From assembly GCA_051294375.1 (NCBI GenBank), contig CM119263.1, forward strand, positions 12,689,723 to 12,753,722: a stretch of 64,000 nt of DNA, in the 5' to 3' direction. The notes below the pieces were generated by a model. The model saw only the letters and a program-made list of their open reading frames with translations, was not told the DNA's origin and made no database searches. Made by a program: the position numbers and the translations under genes. Origin of the DNA: Paraspadella gotoi. Taxonomy: Eukaryota; Animalia; Chaetognatha. This document shows, piece after piece, positions 1 to 18,050 of the stretch; position 1 is the first letter of the stretch; every line of letters starts with the position of its first letter.

Positions 1-1344
1 GGAATCGAGGCGGTTGGGGTCTTTCGGGTCACTTTGCCAAGAAGTCGGAGGAAGGTGAAGAGGAAAGGAGAAGGAAAATGGGGAGAGAGTGAAAAGTGAG
101 GGATGAAGCGAGAAACGTGAGAATATTGTGAAGGAGAACAAAAAATTAAATGTTAGAGGAAAATTTGCTGGTGGAGGGTGAAGAGTGAAAGACGAATATG
201 GATTTCAAATGTATTTATTTAAAATTGGTTCTTGAACAGACTGAAAAATATTCAGATTGGACAACAAATAAAAATTTATGAAAAATTTAGTATTTTTAAC
301 AAATTTTAAGAAATTCTTTAAAATCATATCTATAATTGAAACATATTTCAATCTAAATATTTTTACGCTTAATAAGTACTTAGTATATTGCACTTGTATT
401 AATTAAAAAATAATGATGACATTTTATAACATTATATGACATAATGAAACGATAGCATTTTTACCCTTCAATGCTTCATAGGATATGAACATTAGACTGA
501 GGACATAGGAAATAGGTTATCAACGAGATATGCAGGATAGAAATCATAAAAAAAGAATATAAACTATCAGATGTGATAAAAACAGAGTATAAATGTAAAA
601 TGAAGAAGATAAAATGATCTCTTTTTTTTCCACTTCCTCTCTCTCCCAATTTTTTTTTCTTCTCAGACTTTAACTTCTGCCTTTTTATTTCTTTTCCTTC
701 TTCCGCTTCTTTCCTTTTTTCTCTGTTAAAGAGAACGTCGTTCGTCTCATCGTCGTCGTCGTCGCCACGCCCTCTCTCCGTCGGCGTCAATAAAAACAGA
801 GAAAATTAGGCAGAGATTCATCGGGTGGTTTAGAGACCGCGCGTCTGAGAGGAGAGAACCGAACGAGGGAGAAGATGAGAGAGGCGGGACTGAGGGGCAG
901 AGGGTGGCGGGCGGAAGGTGACCCTAAAACGGAGAAGAGAGGGACTATTATAGGGGCATGGGAAAGTGAGAGGGATTTTAAAAAGGCGAGTCAGGGTAGA
1001 GAGATGGAAAAAGAAAGGCATGACGTAGGGGCAAGGAAAGCATAGTTAATAGACAGGTACGACAGTCCGGAAATGGCGTACGCCTTCGGGGAAGCGCGCG
1101 GAGGGAACGCGCTCAAACGGAGTTAAGATGTGACATGGGAGGACCCCTCTCTTTAACGAGGGAGAGCTCTAAAAAAGGGAGGGCGCCCTCTGAAACGAAG
1201 AGGGGCGCCTCTTTCGATTGTCTTGTCGTCACCCGAAAAACCGAAGTCGGACAAACAACTCGGAAAATTACTTTTTCGACGTCTCCGCGGAAAAACGTTA
1301 AAAAGTGTCACTCTCGCCCGATGCCGCCAGGTTTTTTAATCACC

Positions 1345-1503
<159 letters not shown>

Positions 1504-3727
1504 GAAAGAAGAACTAAGAGTATGAAAGTTTGATTGGAGTTCTCCGGCACTTCTGGGTGATCTATTGATTTCCTTATAATTTCGTGAAAAATAATCATTA
1601 ATTGAAGATAACCTCGATAACTTGCCGATTACTGTTTAAAGTAATAAGATTTTCAATAATTGAATAAAGACGATTTATCGTATGTAAGTATTCTGTATTA
1701 TAATGAATATTCTTATAACCCAAGCCTTTTGGATAATAAATAATTGATATTTTTTTTAATTGATTTTTTAATTTTTTAAATTTGATTTAAAAAACCAAAT
1801 TAATTTTTATACTAGATAGTTAATAACATTTTAAACAATCTGATCTGTTAGGGGCTCGCTCAAATAGTTACACTAAGAAAGCTCATAGAGAGAGTACATA
1901 ATAAGGAAAGTGGAAAGAAGCGAAAGAAACTACGAGGCTGTTTACACTCTTTGTTTCTTCTACCTTTCAGTGGCTGAAAGTGAAAGATTAGGAAAAACAG
2001 GCGAAAGGAGCTTCGCCTCTTTAACCCACAGATAAATGCCCGCCATAACTCGAGGAATGTCTGTTTTTACCAGAGGGTGGATGAAGGGAAGCAGAAAGAA
2101 AAAGAAAGGTGAAGGAAAGTAACGAAGAAGGAGATAGAAAGACGAGAAGGAAAGGAGCATCTCGTGGTTTCTTTTCTTTTGAGTATAAGAAAGTTGTACG
2201 TCAATCGGTAGAATAGGAAGGTTAAAAAAAAACAAAAAAACTACCAAATTGTTTTCCAACTAAAATCAATGAGACACTCGGTTCTTTTTTCCTTCCACCT
2301 TACCCGACCTTCCATCTCCTTTTTTTCCTATCCCGTCGCAGAATCATTTGTTTGTTGCAATCAAACAACTTCGCCGCTGGAAACAAACAACGAAATTAAA
2401 GACGCTTATTTTTTCTTTGGCTTTAACGTCGTATGCAGCGCAGGGAAAGGAAAGGGAGGTGAAAAGAAGCTGGGGTGAGGAATTCGGGTTAGTTTTTTAA
2501 GGCAAAAAGCTATCATTGTTTTATATTTGAATAATATTTATCTGGCCGTGGAAAAAAAAAGAGATGGGGGAAAAAAAAACCCCGAAGTTGGGAATTCAAC
2601 CAGCGGAGGAAACGATAAAGAAAGGAGTTCAAGTGGAGGAAATGAATAGAAACGAGAGAGAGAGAGAGAGAGAGAATGGAAGGAACGAAGGAAATGATCA
2701 GAGGTCAGGGAAAATAATCAGCGGAGGAAAGAGAAAGAAACCAATGGAGTGAAATCAAGGCGGCGGAATTAGCAATGACGCAGAAGAAGACGAAAGGTGA
2801 GGCGAAGAAGGTGAGGTGTGGAAGATGGTTTCCGCCGGAAGGAGTGAAGAGATAAAGAGGGACAGAAAAAGAACTAAGTCACTGGAGTGGTAATCCTGGA
2901 TCAGTGAAGTCATATAGAGATATAGAGATAGAGGGTACTTAAATTAAGTATATATGAAATTGGTACAACCAATATAATAATTATCCATTCATTTAATAAA
3001 TAAGCTATCTTGCCCCTGACTTTGGACAGGCTTTGGTGGTTTAAGGCCTCCATCACTCCATCACTCTTATATTCTTTTGAACAAATATGATGCGGCATCA
3101 AATATTTCTAAATCGATGATCAAATTCATTTGCTTAACCTTCTTCTACCCTTACCAAAGTCCAACCAATCCGTCTTTGTTTAAATAGTTTTATTATGAGG
3201 TTCCAGGCGAAACAAAAATCCTTTTTATTGTTCAAAACCTGAATCATGAAAATCACAGCAAAGAACAGAAGCAAATTTCCTCTTCTCGATCTTCTTCATC
3301 CTCCTCCTAATCTTTCTCCTCTTCCTCCTCCTCCTCCCTTTTAATTTCACGAGTAAACCCCGAGGTCGAACCTGACGGGCAGAGGTCCTTCTCTCTCGCC
3401 GAGCCCGCCTCCCTGCCCGCCCGCCCGCCTTCCCGCCCGTCCTTTTCCTTTTCTCCAGAGCCCTTAACTTCTAACCCCCCCCCCCTCTTCACCACGCCCG
3501 GCCGAAGGGGCCAGAGGAGGAAAAGACAGGCGGGAGAATGGATGACTTAAACTCCGTAAAATCTGTTCTTCTGTTTAGATTATCTTCGGGTGAGTGGACG
3601 CCTGACAAATAAGAAGCGCCCCAGCGACAGCGGAGCGACCTGAAAAAAAGAGGAGGAAGAGGAGGAGGATTGCGAAGAGAAGGGGGAAGAGGAAGAGGAG
3701 GAGCAGACGGTTGGAAAAAGGTAATTG

Positions 3728-3729
<2 letters not shown>

Positions 3730-3802
<73 letters not shown>

Positions 3803-4066
3803 AGAGAGAGAGAGGAGAGGAGAGGAGAGGCAGGAGAGTGAGGGAACGCCCTCTCGCGACTCCTCTCGACTTTTTGCTCACCCTTTAAACTAAAGAGGGA
3901 AAGAGAGGGAGAGGTGGAGATTCAAAGAAGGTAAGGAGATAAAGGAAAGATAAAGGACTGGGTCCGTCGGTGCTGATAAGTCGTGATGGTACGATTGAAG
4001 AACGGTTGGGTTGGAGGACAAAGGAAAGAAGGAAAGAAGGAAAGAAAGAAAGAAAGAAAGAAAGAG

Positions 4067-4133
<67 letters not shown>

Positions 4134-4135
4134 GG
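3730..4135. repeat. (AG)n (3730-3800) and (AAAG)n (about 4020-4135) microsatellites
   Basis: Directly visible. Confidence 0.9.
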
Positions 4136-5779
4136 AAAATTGGAAAAGGACAAGAAAGTGATTGAGAAAAAAAGGTAAGTTAGAGAGTTGATTGAAATGG
4201 AAAGAACACGAGTAAGTTCTTGGTAAAAAAAAAAAACAAAGAAAAACACTGAAAAAAGAAACCGGGAAGAAAAAATGAGGACTTGAAGTCCTGAAGGCAG
4301 AAAAAGTGATAGAAGTGAGAAAAGAGTGGAAGAAAGAGTCAAGCGAGACTTGAAAGGTTCTTCGGATGAACTTCTTTGTTGCTCGAAAATCCCAGCTCTT
4401 TTTGAAGAACCTTTTGACGTTGGTTTCCCCGTCATTTTTGACGTCGGTTTTGACGTTCGACTTTCCGATGGCCTTTTCCGTTTCCTTTTCGAGTCGGTAG
4501 GGTTTTTCTACGTACGCTGTTATTTCCCATTCGTATGTACTATTTAGTATTATTATCAGACCGATTTCTGTTTAGTTTTTAATTCCTCGCTTCTGTCTTC
4601 AAAAATATCAACGCATTGTTTGAAAGACTCCCTTTGTGTTTTCTCATTAAATCTCATCGTTCTTCTTCCGTCTCACTCGATCGTGACACCCATGCATTTC
4701 TCCTCGTGGGCGTGGCGGAAGGCGTGGAGGAGCCTTCAAAAGGGCGGACGCCGCGCACGGCTTTCATTCATCCGGAGATTCTGCTGACAATCTGAGAGGA
4801 TATGATTACGAAAAGACAGGGGATATCTTTGTCGTCGCCGTTGAGGTCGGCGTCGTTGTCTTCTCTAATTCTACTTACCTGCGTAAAAAAAGTTTTTAAT
4901 GAAACCCGTCGACTTCTACCGTATTTAAAAAAAAAACGACGTCGACAACAACGACTAACTAAGACAACGAAGACCCAGCGAGTCTGACGACCCAAGCGAC
5001 GACGACTTCTCATCGACTCGAAACGTGGGACAAAATTCCGAAACCGAGTTATGAAATTCAAATGACGTTAAAATTCAAATTTAAATCAAGAGTTGGAGAG
5101 AGAAATAAAAACGCGATAAAAATGAAGTCGGCGCTCGAGCGGCGCGTGCAAGAAGAGAGATCCCGACGTCTCTCGCTCTCTGTCTCTCTCGCTTTGGCGC
5201 GGGCGTCCCGTTGATTAGTTGGAAGAGAGAATCACGAGCGTTTCGAGAGTTAACACCTGATTTCCACTATATAAGTGACATATTTTTGTGTTCTAGTGCG
5301 CTTTTTATGAATAAATATAAATTATCAATTTTTTTCCGTTATTTATTAAATCTATGTTTCGTAATCTCTTTCGCAATTTCTGGCGAAACGTATTAGGCAT
5401 TTACTTCTTAATTGTGCATTATTTTAAAAAAAAATTTAAACTATTTTCCACTACGATTTGTTTTCTTTCGGATTTTTGTTCTCTCGTTATTTCAATGTTT
5501 CCTTCCTCCGAATTTTCTCATCAAATTTTTTTTAACAAAATTTCTACAATGTTGGTTTATTTAAAAAATCACTCTACATCTTCTTTCTTATTGGTTTGCT
5601 TTCTCATTTAATCAAAATCTTTAATTTTCACGGATTCTCACTTTTGCCGTTTCACGCGCGTTTAGTTCGTGACTTCGAGCTTATCCAATAATCCCGCTCC
5701 TCTTCCTCTTCCTCCTTTATCTTCTTCTTTCGTTCCTTTCCAGAAACTTTTTTCATCCTCTTCCGAGCCCACTTTCTCA

Positions 5780-5782
<3 letters not shown>

Positions 5783-5857
<75 letters not shown>
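5783..5857. repeat. (CT)n microsatellite upstream of the TCF ATG
   Basis: Directly visible. Confidence 0.95.
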
Positions 5858-5862
<5 letters not shown>

Positions 5863-6184
5863 TTTTCCATCGCCCTCGTCTTTGTCAAGTCACCAAGCTT
5901 GACCCTTATTTTGTCTTTCCGGTTTTTCTATCTTTACTTCACTCTTCAGTGGCAAAACATCTTAATTCTATTCAGGCCAACATTTCGTAAGATTCCTGCC
6001 CAAACGATCCTCAAACGCTCAATCATAGTGAACTCCTGGACACCAATCGAGATTAAAAAGGCTCGCTTTCGAAAAAAAAAACAACTCATCGGAGAGCGGC
6101 GCCGCCTCCTCAAAAATGACGCCGGTCGCTCTCTGACCAAAAGATTCAGAAACGTCAAAGCCCGCGAAGAACTCGCCAGCGACG

Positions 6185-11249
<5,065 letters not shown>

Positions 11250-11961
11250 TGTTGAATCTCTCGCTGAAAAAAAAAACCGCAAAAAAAAACAAAACAAAAA
11301 CAAGTCAAAACAACAAAGTAGTCGACTAATTCCCAGATAATAACATTCACCCAAATTTAATTAATGACCTGAATTTTATTAATTTTTAATTTATTACTTG
11401 TTCATTAGTAATGTCATCGTAAAAGCAATTCGAATAAAAAAATATTTAAAAAATATTTTTTCTTAATATTTTTGAGATTACTTGTTAGGGTTTTTTAACA
11501 TTTAACTTAATACGAAATAGCTAGCTCAGAATTCCATTCCCTTAAATTGTATTAAAAATCGTGTTACACTACTAACTGTAGTAACTGAATCGCGGTTGAA
11601 GAAAGATTATTCTTTTTATACGTCTTTAAATTTTAATTTAAAGTAAATAATTCAAACAATAATTACAACTTTCGATCTATTCAGTTTGCAGTAATTTGGG
11701 TCTTGGCTGTAGAATAAAAATCTTTCATGAAATTTGCTTTGAAAAATTTGCCAACTGTACAGATCGAAATGACTTACTATATTACTATAAAATATAATTA
11801 TAAAGCACTCGGTAATTTTTACCGATAACAAAAATTTTTTAGATGAAAAAGCTACTAAGACTAAGTCTAAATCCTTCTTTAGAGCTTCATCAAAAAAGAA
11901 AAAACGAATTAAAATTAAAATCGTTTCTATATCAACACTTCTTTTCTTAAAATAAATACTG

Positions 11962-12175
11962 GTTTTATGAGCATATTTTTTTTATTTGAGCAATATATTT
12001 CGGTTAACATCATTTAATCATAGTTCATTTGCGAAGTAAATGCGAGAAAAACAAAAACCAAAATATTTTACTTTTTTTTACTTTTTTTGTGACTGTTTTT
12101 CTCGCATTTACTTCGCAAATGAACTATGGTTAAGTGATGCTCAAATAAAAATAATATACGTTTTCCTCATAAAAC
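11962..12175. mobile_element. Palindromic fold-back / MITE-like element (about 215 bp)
   Basis: Near-perfect 46-bp inner inverted repeat (12008-12053 vs 12094-12139) plus outer matching arms ttatttgagca/tgctcaaataa and gttttatgag/ctcataaaac. No coding capacity. Confidence 0.55.
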
Positions 12176-12440
12176 AATGATAATCACCAATACTATGTAC
12201 TCATACCGCATATACGATGACTCTCAAGCAAAAAAAATACTGGTTTATGATAATCTGCTTTACAAAAAAAAAAAAAAAAGAAATTCTTGTTTTGCTCTCA
12301 TTACAAAACTCTCTTCAGTTCCTTTCTCTTCCCCTACAGGGTTCATGAGATTCAAACTGGTCCGATTCAACACAATTCTCAATTTCTCAACCATATTCAT
12401 TCAAATTCCACCATCTTCCAGAACATCCGTGTCCCACACA

Positions 12441-15400
12441 CTACATTTTTCCCTCCTCTTGCGAAAAGTAGCAATCACGACACAATGCGGTCTGCCCGGC
12501 CACGAAGTCTCGACACGGACAAAGCCTCCGCACTGTCGCGGGTGGTTTAGCGTCGCAGGAAAAGAGTAGTTTTTCCTTTTGAAAGACGCAGGTGCTCGTG
12601 CCATTGTCCATGGAGGGGTGGTGGAGGTCCGTCTCTATTAGCGTCTTAAGACAGCGCTGCTCGACCCGCTCGAAACCGGAAGGACTGTTGAGGTCGGGGA
12701 AAAAGTCGGGCCCGCATAGTCTGCCCTTTGAAGCGCAGAATGCATCGCATCCTTGGCCGAACTCGCCGAGGGAAGTCAAGACCAGGGCGGACTTGGGCGG
12801 CCACCGACGACGGGTCGGCGACGCCGCGTCCTCGGGACAGAAACGCTGGTTCTCCGTCAGGATGACCACCCGTTCGAGTGTGCCTTGAGAGCCGGAGAAT
12901 GAAGGAGAAAGCAGGAGAAAAAGTTATGGTGGTCAATTAAAAATTTTTTTAAACAAAAATTGGCATTATTTCTATCACCTTCTATCGTGAATTCGAAAGG
13001 AAGGTGGGAGGAACGCTGCCAAGGCGTTGACGAAATATTGCGCAGCTGCTCAACGACTCCTTCGACGTCGGAAAGGGCCACTGTGAGGATTGAGGGGAAA
13101 CCAACGAAATCTTCCAAGTAGGGATGTTGGGAGGTGAGAAGACGACCCGTCGGCTTAGCCGCGAAAAAGGCTAGATGAAGGGGGATAGGGAGAAAATTGA
13201 AATTAAATTTTTATAACGAATTTGGTCAAACGTTTTTTTTAACACGAAAAACTTCATTCATCGTTTATCATTTGTTGATGATGATTTGTTTTTATCATTA
13301 GATGACACTCAAGGTTTTTTAGGTTCTGAGTTATCTGTTAAATAGGTTCATGGATTTAAAGCAACTCGCTATCAAAGGGCTGCGGGGTCAAAGGTTAATA
13401 GGACTAAATCTGTAGGGTTATGGTTAGGGCCGTGGAAAGATAAGAGTAATGACTATTGTGGTTTATCATGGAAAGGGATGGCAAAGGTATTGGGCTTTTG
13501 GGTTGGTAGGGGTGATTTAATTCAGGCAAATTTTGCAGATGTTTTTGCAGGAATAAGGGCAAGGCTGGCCGTTTGGGAAAGGAAGACCTTTGTCGGCATT
13601 GGGGAAAGCAAGGTTATAAATGTTTACCTCTATTCTACATTGTGGTATAGAACTGAGTTATTGACACACCTTGGGGAGACATTGAAATTTAGAAAAGGAG
13701 GTTATAGATTGGATATTTTCTGCTAGAAGACAGGAGATAGGGAAGGATAGGTTAAAGGATTCTTATATAAACGGGGGAGCTCAATTAATGGATGTTAAGG
13801 ATAAGGTGAAAGCTCAGAGAATAATGTGGGTCAAGAGACTTTTTGCGATGCCAGTTGGATCTTTCCAAGGTTTTGTTGCGGAGAGATTTTAATTGCTCGC
13901 AGCAGGCAGGAATTCAGGGGTTGGAGATATTTAGAGTTTTGGAGGCTGGGATAAGATTAGAAGTCAATGGATTTTATTCTGAGGCAGTGAGAGCATGGTT
14001 GGGACTGGGTGCTAATTTGAGCCAGGGAATCTGCTCACTGAGAAACTATGATTTATTTTATAATGTGAATGTGACTGATGTTAATGGAGAAATTTTAAGG
14101 CCAGTTGGTGCTCTTTGAAAGCAGTGTTAGCACACAATGTGAGGACAGTAGGACAATTCTTAAATATGCCAATTAGTGATACTCCTCGGACACAGAGGAC
14201 AAAAATGTTTGACCTACGAAGCGAGATAAGAAAAAAATTAGAAAATGTCGTTCCAAATGATCATCCATCTGATTTTGTTGTTAATGTACAGGAGAAGTTA
14301 AACGGGTTGGAAAGATGTCATTTGCGGAGGTTTATGGTTATCTAAGATCAAAAGTTATAGTTATTAAGCATTTTGAATCTAAATGGGAGGGTGTCCTTGG
14401 AGTTGAGTTAAAAGATGAATGGAGAGGCATTTGGGGTGCTCTTATACGCTCTAGATCCTCTATTATGTTAGGTCAGCTGTGTGGAGACAGATTGGATTAA
14501 ATTTTTGGACGTCATATATGCACAGTGCTTATTTGGATATGGGTGATGGCATTTGTCAGTTATGTGGTGTTTTAGAAAGAGAGAGATGGCATATAGTGTT
14601 AGAGTGTGAAGTTGTTATAAGGTTATGGGAAAAAACTGAGTGTGACGCTAATGAAGCTAGATGACAAAAGAGTTGATAAAAGGGAGATGGGTTTGGGATT
14701 AACAGGAAGAGGAGCTAAAATTAATCTGAGGAATAGGCTCGGGTATACTTTAAGGTCTATAATTTTAATGATGAGAGGGGAAAGGATTAGAAGTGTGGAG
14801 TCGGCAGTTGAAAAGTTGTGGAATGTTTTTGTTTCAAAATTAAGAAAGGAATTGGAAGAAGAATTTTGGGTGGTAAAGTTTAATGGTAGATTGCGGAGTT
14901 TTGAGAAGGGAGTTTTGGTTGGAGGGATTCTGGGTAAGATGAATGAAGAGGGGCGGGTAAATTGGGGTAATTTAGTAAAAAGGGCAAGGGTTAGTTATTG
15001 GAATTTATTCTAGTAATTTGGTATGTATTGAGTATTGGGTATTGTAAAGTGAGGATTAAGGATTAAGATTTAAAAATTCATAAAGGATTAAGAATTAAGG
15101 TTTAAAAATTCATAAACTTAGTATATAACAATGGTGTGATAATGGTAATAATAATAAAAATTGTGATATTAGTAATTATAGTACTATTGTAATAATAATA
15201 GTAATAACAATAATATTAATAATAATATTAAGTTTTATAATAATAATCATAGTAATAATATGATAAAAATAATAATAGTAATAATGACAAAAATAATAAT
15301 AGTATCATTAATGATAAGAACAATAATAATTAGGAATGAGGGTAATTCCAATAATAGTAATTCCAATCATAGTAATAATAATAATAATAATAATGTAAAA

Positions 15401-18050
15401 ATAATAATAGTAATAGTATCATTAACGATAAGAATAATAATAATTAGGAATATGGGTAATTCCAATAATTTTAATCTGGTATTTATGCCTTTCTATTTAT
15501 GATCAGTTAAAAAAAAAAAATTGACAAGTTTCTGTCTATGCTTAAAAAAAAAGAGGCAATGGCCTAGAATAAATGTTAGGTACCATAATGATAGTATTTA
15601 CTTTTTTTTTTCATTTGCCAAGTTTCTGTCTATGACTAAAAAAAAAAAATGGCAAATGGCCTAGTGTAATGCTAATATTCACTCATTTTAAAAAAAAAAA
15701 AATTGTTTGTATGTAATAAACCTGTCTTTCCCCTTCCGTGCGGCGGATCAAACTTGGGATTCACAAAGACGGCGCCGTTGGCGATGGCCTCCAATGGTGC
15801 AGGTCCCTCGTAAGGAAAACCGAGGCCCAGAAAGAATCTGCACGCCGCTTGCAGGCGCTGAAACCCGGCGCCATCGAGCAGCCCGTGATTGATGACGAAA
15901 TCGGGCAACGGATTAGCGGTGTTGCCGACGCCGTCGGCCACTGTGCCGTGAACTTCGAAACCAGCGTCGTGGAGTCGGCGCAACAGCGCAGAGTGTCCCA
16001 CCCACATGTGAGCTCTTTTTCCGTACACGAGCACGCGCTTCGAATAGTCAGACATGGCGAGGGAAAAGGCTGTTGACGGCTCCGATGTAGACGACAAAGA
16101 CGGAGGACCGTCGACGACGAAACCCAGGAAAGTATTGTCGGGTGTATGAGGAAACATGGTGTAAAACTGACCCAAGTGCAGATCGTGTTTACCCCAAGAT
16201 GAGGCGTATCTTCAACAAGAAGAAAAATACTTAGAGCTCAAAACACTGAGCGGTTACATGAACAACTTACATTGAACGACTTACTTCTTTTTGTTCGTGG
16301 CCCACGCCTTCGAATTGAAGGGAGCCTGCGTGCCGAACGAGTCGACAACTCGGAATCGGCAGGAGAGTCTGTTGAAGCTGACCTTCAAAAGATTTTCGAG
16401 ATCTTTCAACCCGTGGATGTCGGTGAAAAGAAGATCCAGACGATCTTGGGCCGCAGAAGGTTTGTTCATTGGGGGACAACTCCCTTTGCTGCTAGTGGCG
16501 GATGCAGTAAGTACACCGAGATCAATTAGAGTCTGTATAAAGATTGAAGTAGAAAGGGAATTTAATACTTAGAATTTATTTTAATGGGTGTTATAAGTGG
16601 AATATACAAAAATAATTCATTTATTTATTAAAACTTTATGACAGCTCTTCGACCAGACAGCAAAAAACTACCAATAAGGTAAACCACCTGTTTTATATTA
16701 TCCTTTTTGGTTGCGAGAATGACATCATGTCCGGCGACATGCAACGACGCTATAACATCGCTCCACTGAACGAACTCCCCTAAAGGTCCGCCCTTTCCGA
16801 CCAACTTGCCCAAATCAGTTCGGCCCAGAAACCCCATAAACCTACGGTGAAAAAAGTATAATATTTGGAAATTTTTAAAATTGAACATTGTTTAATTAAG
16901 TATGTATAGCTTACTATTCAGAATATTACACATTAGTTGAAAAATTTAGCATTTTCAAAATTATAAAAGGTGAAAGCCAAAAGATATTTTTTCAGCCTTG
17001 TTTATTCAATATTCATACGACTCCGCCTGAAAAAAAACAAAACAAAAGAAACCGTCCAGAGTTCGTGAGAAAAGCTAACTGCTTTGACCTCAACCAAATC
17101 ACCAACTCACACGACGATAGTCAACTTCCTCCTAATTTTCATAAAGGCGTGCTTCGCGGTGAGTCGTTCCAACGCCGCCGTCCATTGAGGCCACAGCCGC
17201 TTCACCCTCGCCAGCATAAAGTCGAGAGAACCTTCGGACAGCCGCTGCCGCATAAGCGCCTCTAAAGAGTCAAACGTGGCGTTGAATCTCGCCGGAGCCT
17301 TCGAAGTCTTGACTTCCGCAAAGCTTGGGGGCCTTGGCAAAGGACCAACGACGAGAGAGCGATCTTTCAAGTTTAACCTTATGAAGACGTCGGTGCCGTT
17401 GGTTTCTCGGCGAGCGTCTCTTAAAGGAGCGCACCTGGAGAAGAATAACGGAATGGGAGGATTGAAAAAAAGAAGTGGAGGACAAAAAAATGAAGAAGAA
17501 ATATTTTTTCAGAAAAGAATTGGTTAAATCGATTAAATTATATTCTTTTTTTTCTTTACCAATTTTCTATATATGCGAGGTAGAGTTTGTGGGAGCAGGG
17601 GTGTTCGTCGACGCCGTATTCCGCGTAGCAAGAGTCCGATTTCCAAAAAGCCTGCATCCATTTGGACTTAACTTCGCAGGCTGTCCACGCAGAGTCCTTG
17701 GTCGTATTCACGGGTGCCGCTGGGCACGTGAGAGCGTTGGCGGCGTTTTCTACCGCCTTGTCCCCCTTGACTGCCAAGCCCGGAAAGTGAGGGATAAGAC
17801 GTCCCATGCCGTTTGCGATGGAAGTCAGCGAAAAGTTCAATCTCGTCTCCATGGAAACCAAAATCTGCTTCAACTCATCCGTGTCCTTCACTAATCGGTT
17901 CAGTTTCGCGTCGTTTCCGCCCAGAATGCTGGAGTTTAGTGATCCCGGCAGAGACAGCGAAGCCAACAAAGTGTGGAGCAGCAAAAAGGCGACGGCGAAG
18001 GCGATCAGAACAGGAACACGCACTGTCATTCGAGGACAAAGGCGTCGCAT
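12441..18050 (-). CDS. MGAT5: Alpha-1,6-mannosylglycoprotein 6-beta-N-acetylglucosaminyltransferase (GnT-V, GT18). Exons 18050-17560, 17434-17111, 16841-16688, 16532-16285, 16209-15722, 13170-12979, 12883-12441 (about 779 aa).
   Basis: Type II membrane anchor near the N-terminus. Family motifs WKSDSCYAEYGVD, GGPLGEFVQWSD, CRFRVVDSFGT, QFYTMFPHTPDNTFLGFVV, LGLGFPYEGPAPLEAIANG, LTSQHPY, RRLCPCRDF...ALCRDC. GT-AG introns with consistent phases. Confidence 0.95.
13277..15702 (+). mobile_element. 5'-truncated, frameshifted non-LTR retrotransposon (L1/Tx1-like ORF2 3' half) in MGAT5 intron 5, antisense to the host gene
   Basis: RT C-terminal motifs (FVDD at the left junction, AAGSKVNRTKSVGLWLGPW, KVLGFWV, KVINVYLYSTLWY, GGAQLMDVKDKVKAQRIMWVKRL) and a CCHC finger CQLCGVLERERWHIVLEC. 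Stop at 15013, then an (AAT)-rich 3' UTR and a poly(A) ending at 15702. Candidate TSD TTGTT at 13272-13276 and 15703-15707. Absent at the matching site near 38590. Confidence 0.88.

Noticed and set aside
15130-15480. Ile/Asn-rich ORF and periodic AAT sequence
   Set aside because: Low-complexity 3' UTR of the LINE; not a gene and not a CRISPR-like array.
17845-17858. Perfect RFX X-box-like GTCTCCATGGAAAC near the ciliary genes
   Set aside because: It lies inside MGAT5 coding exon 1, downstream of BBS4 rather than in a ciliary gene promoter; likely coincidental.
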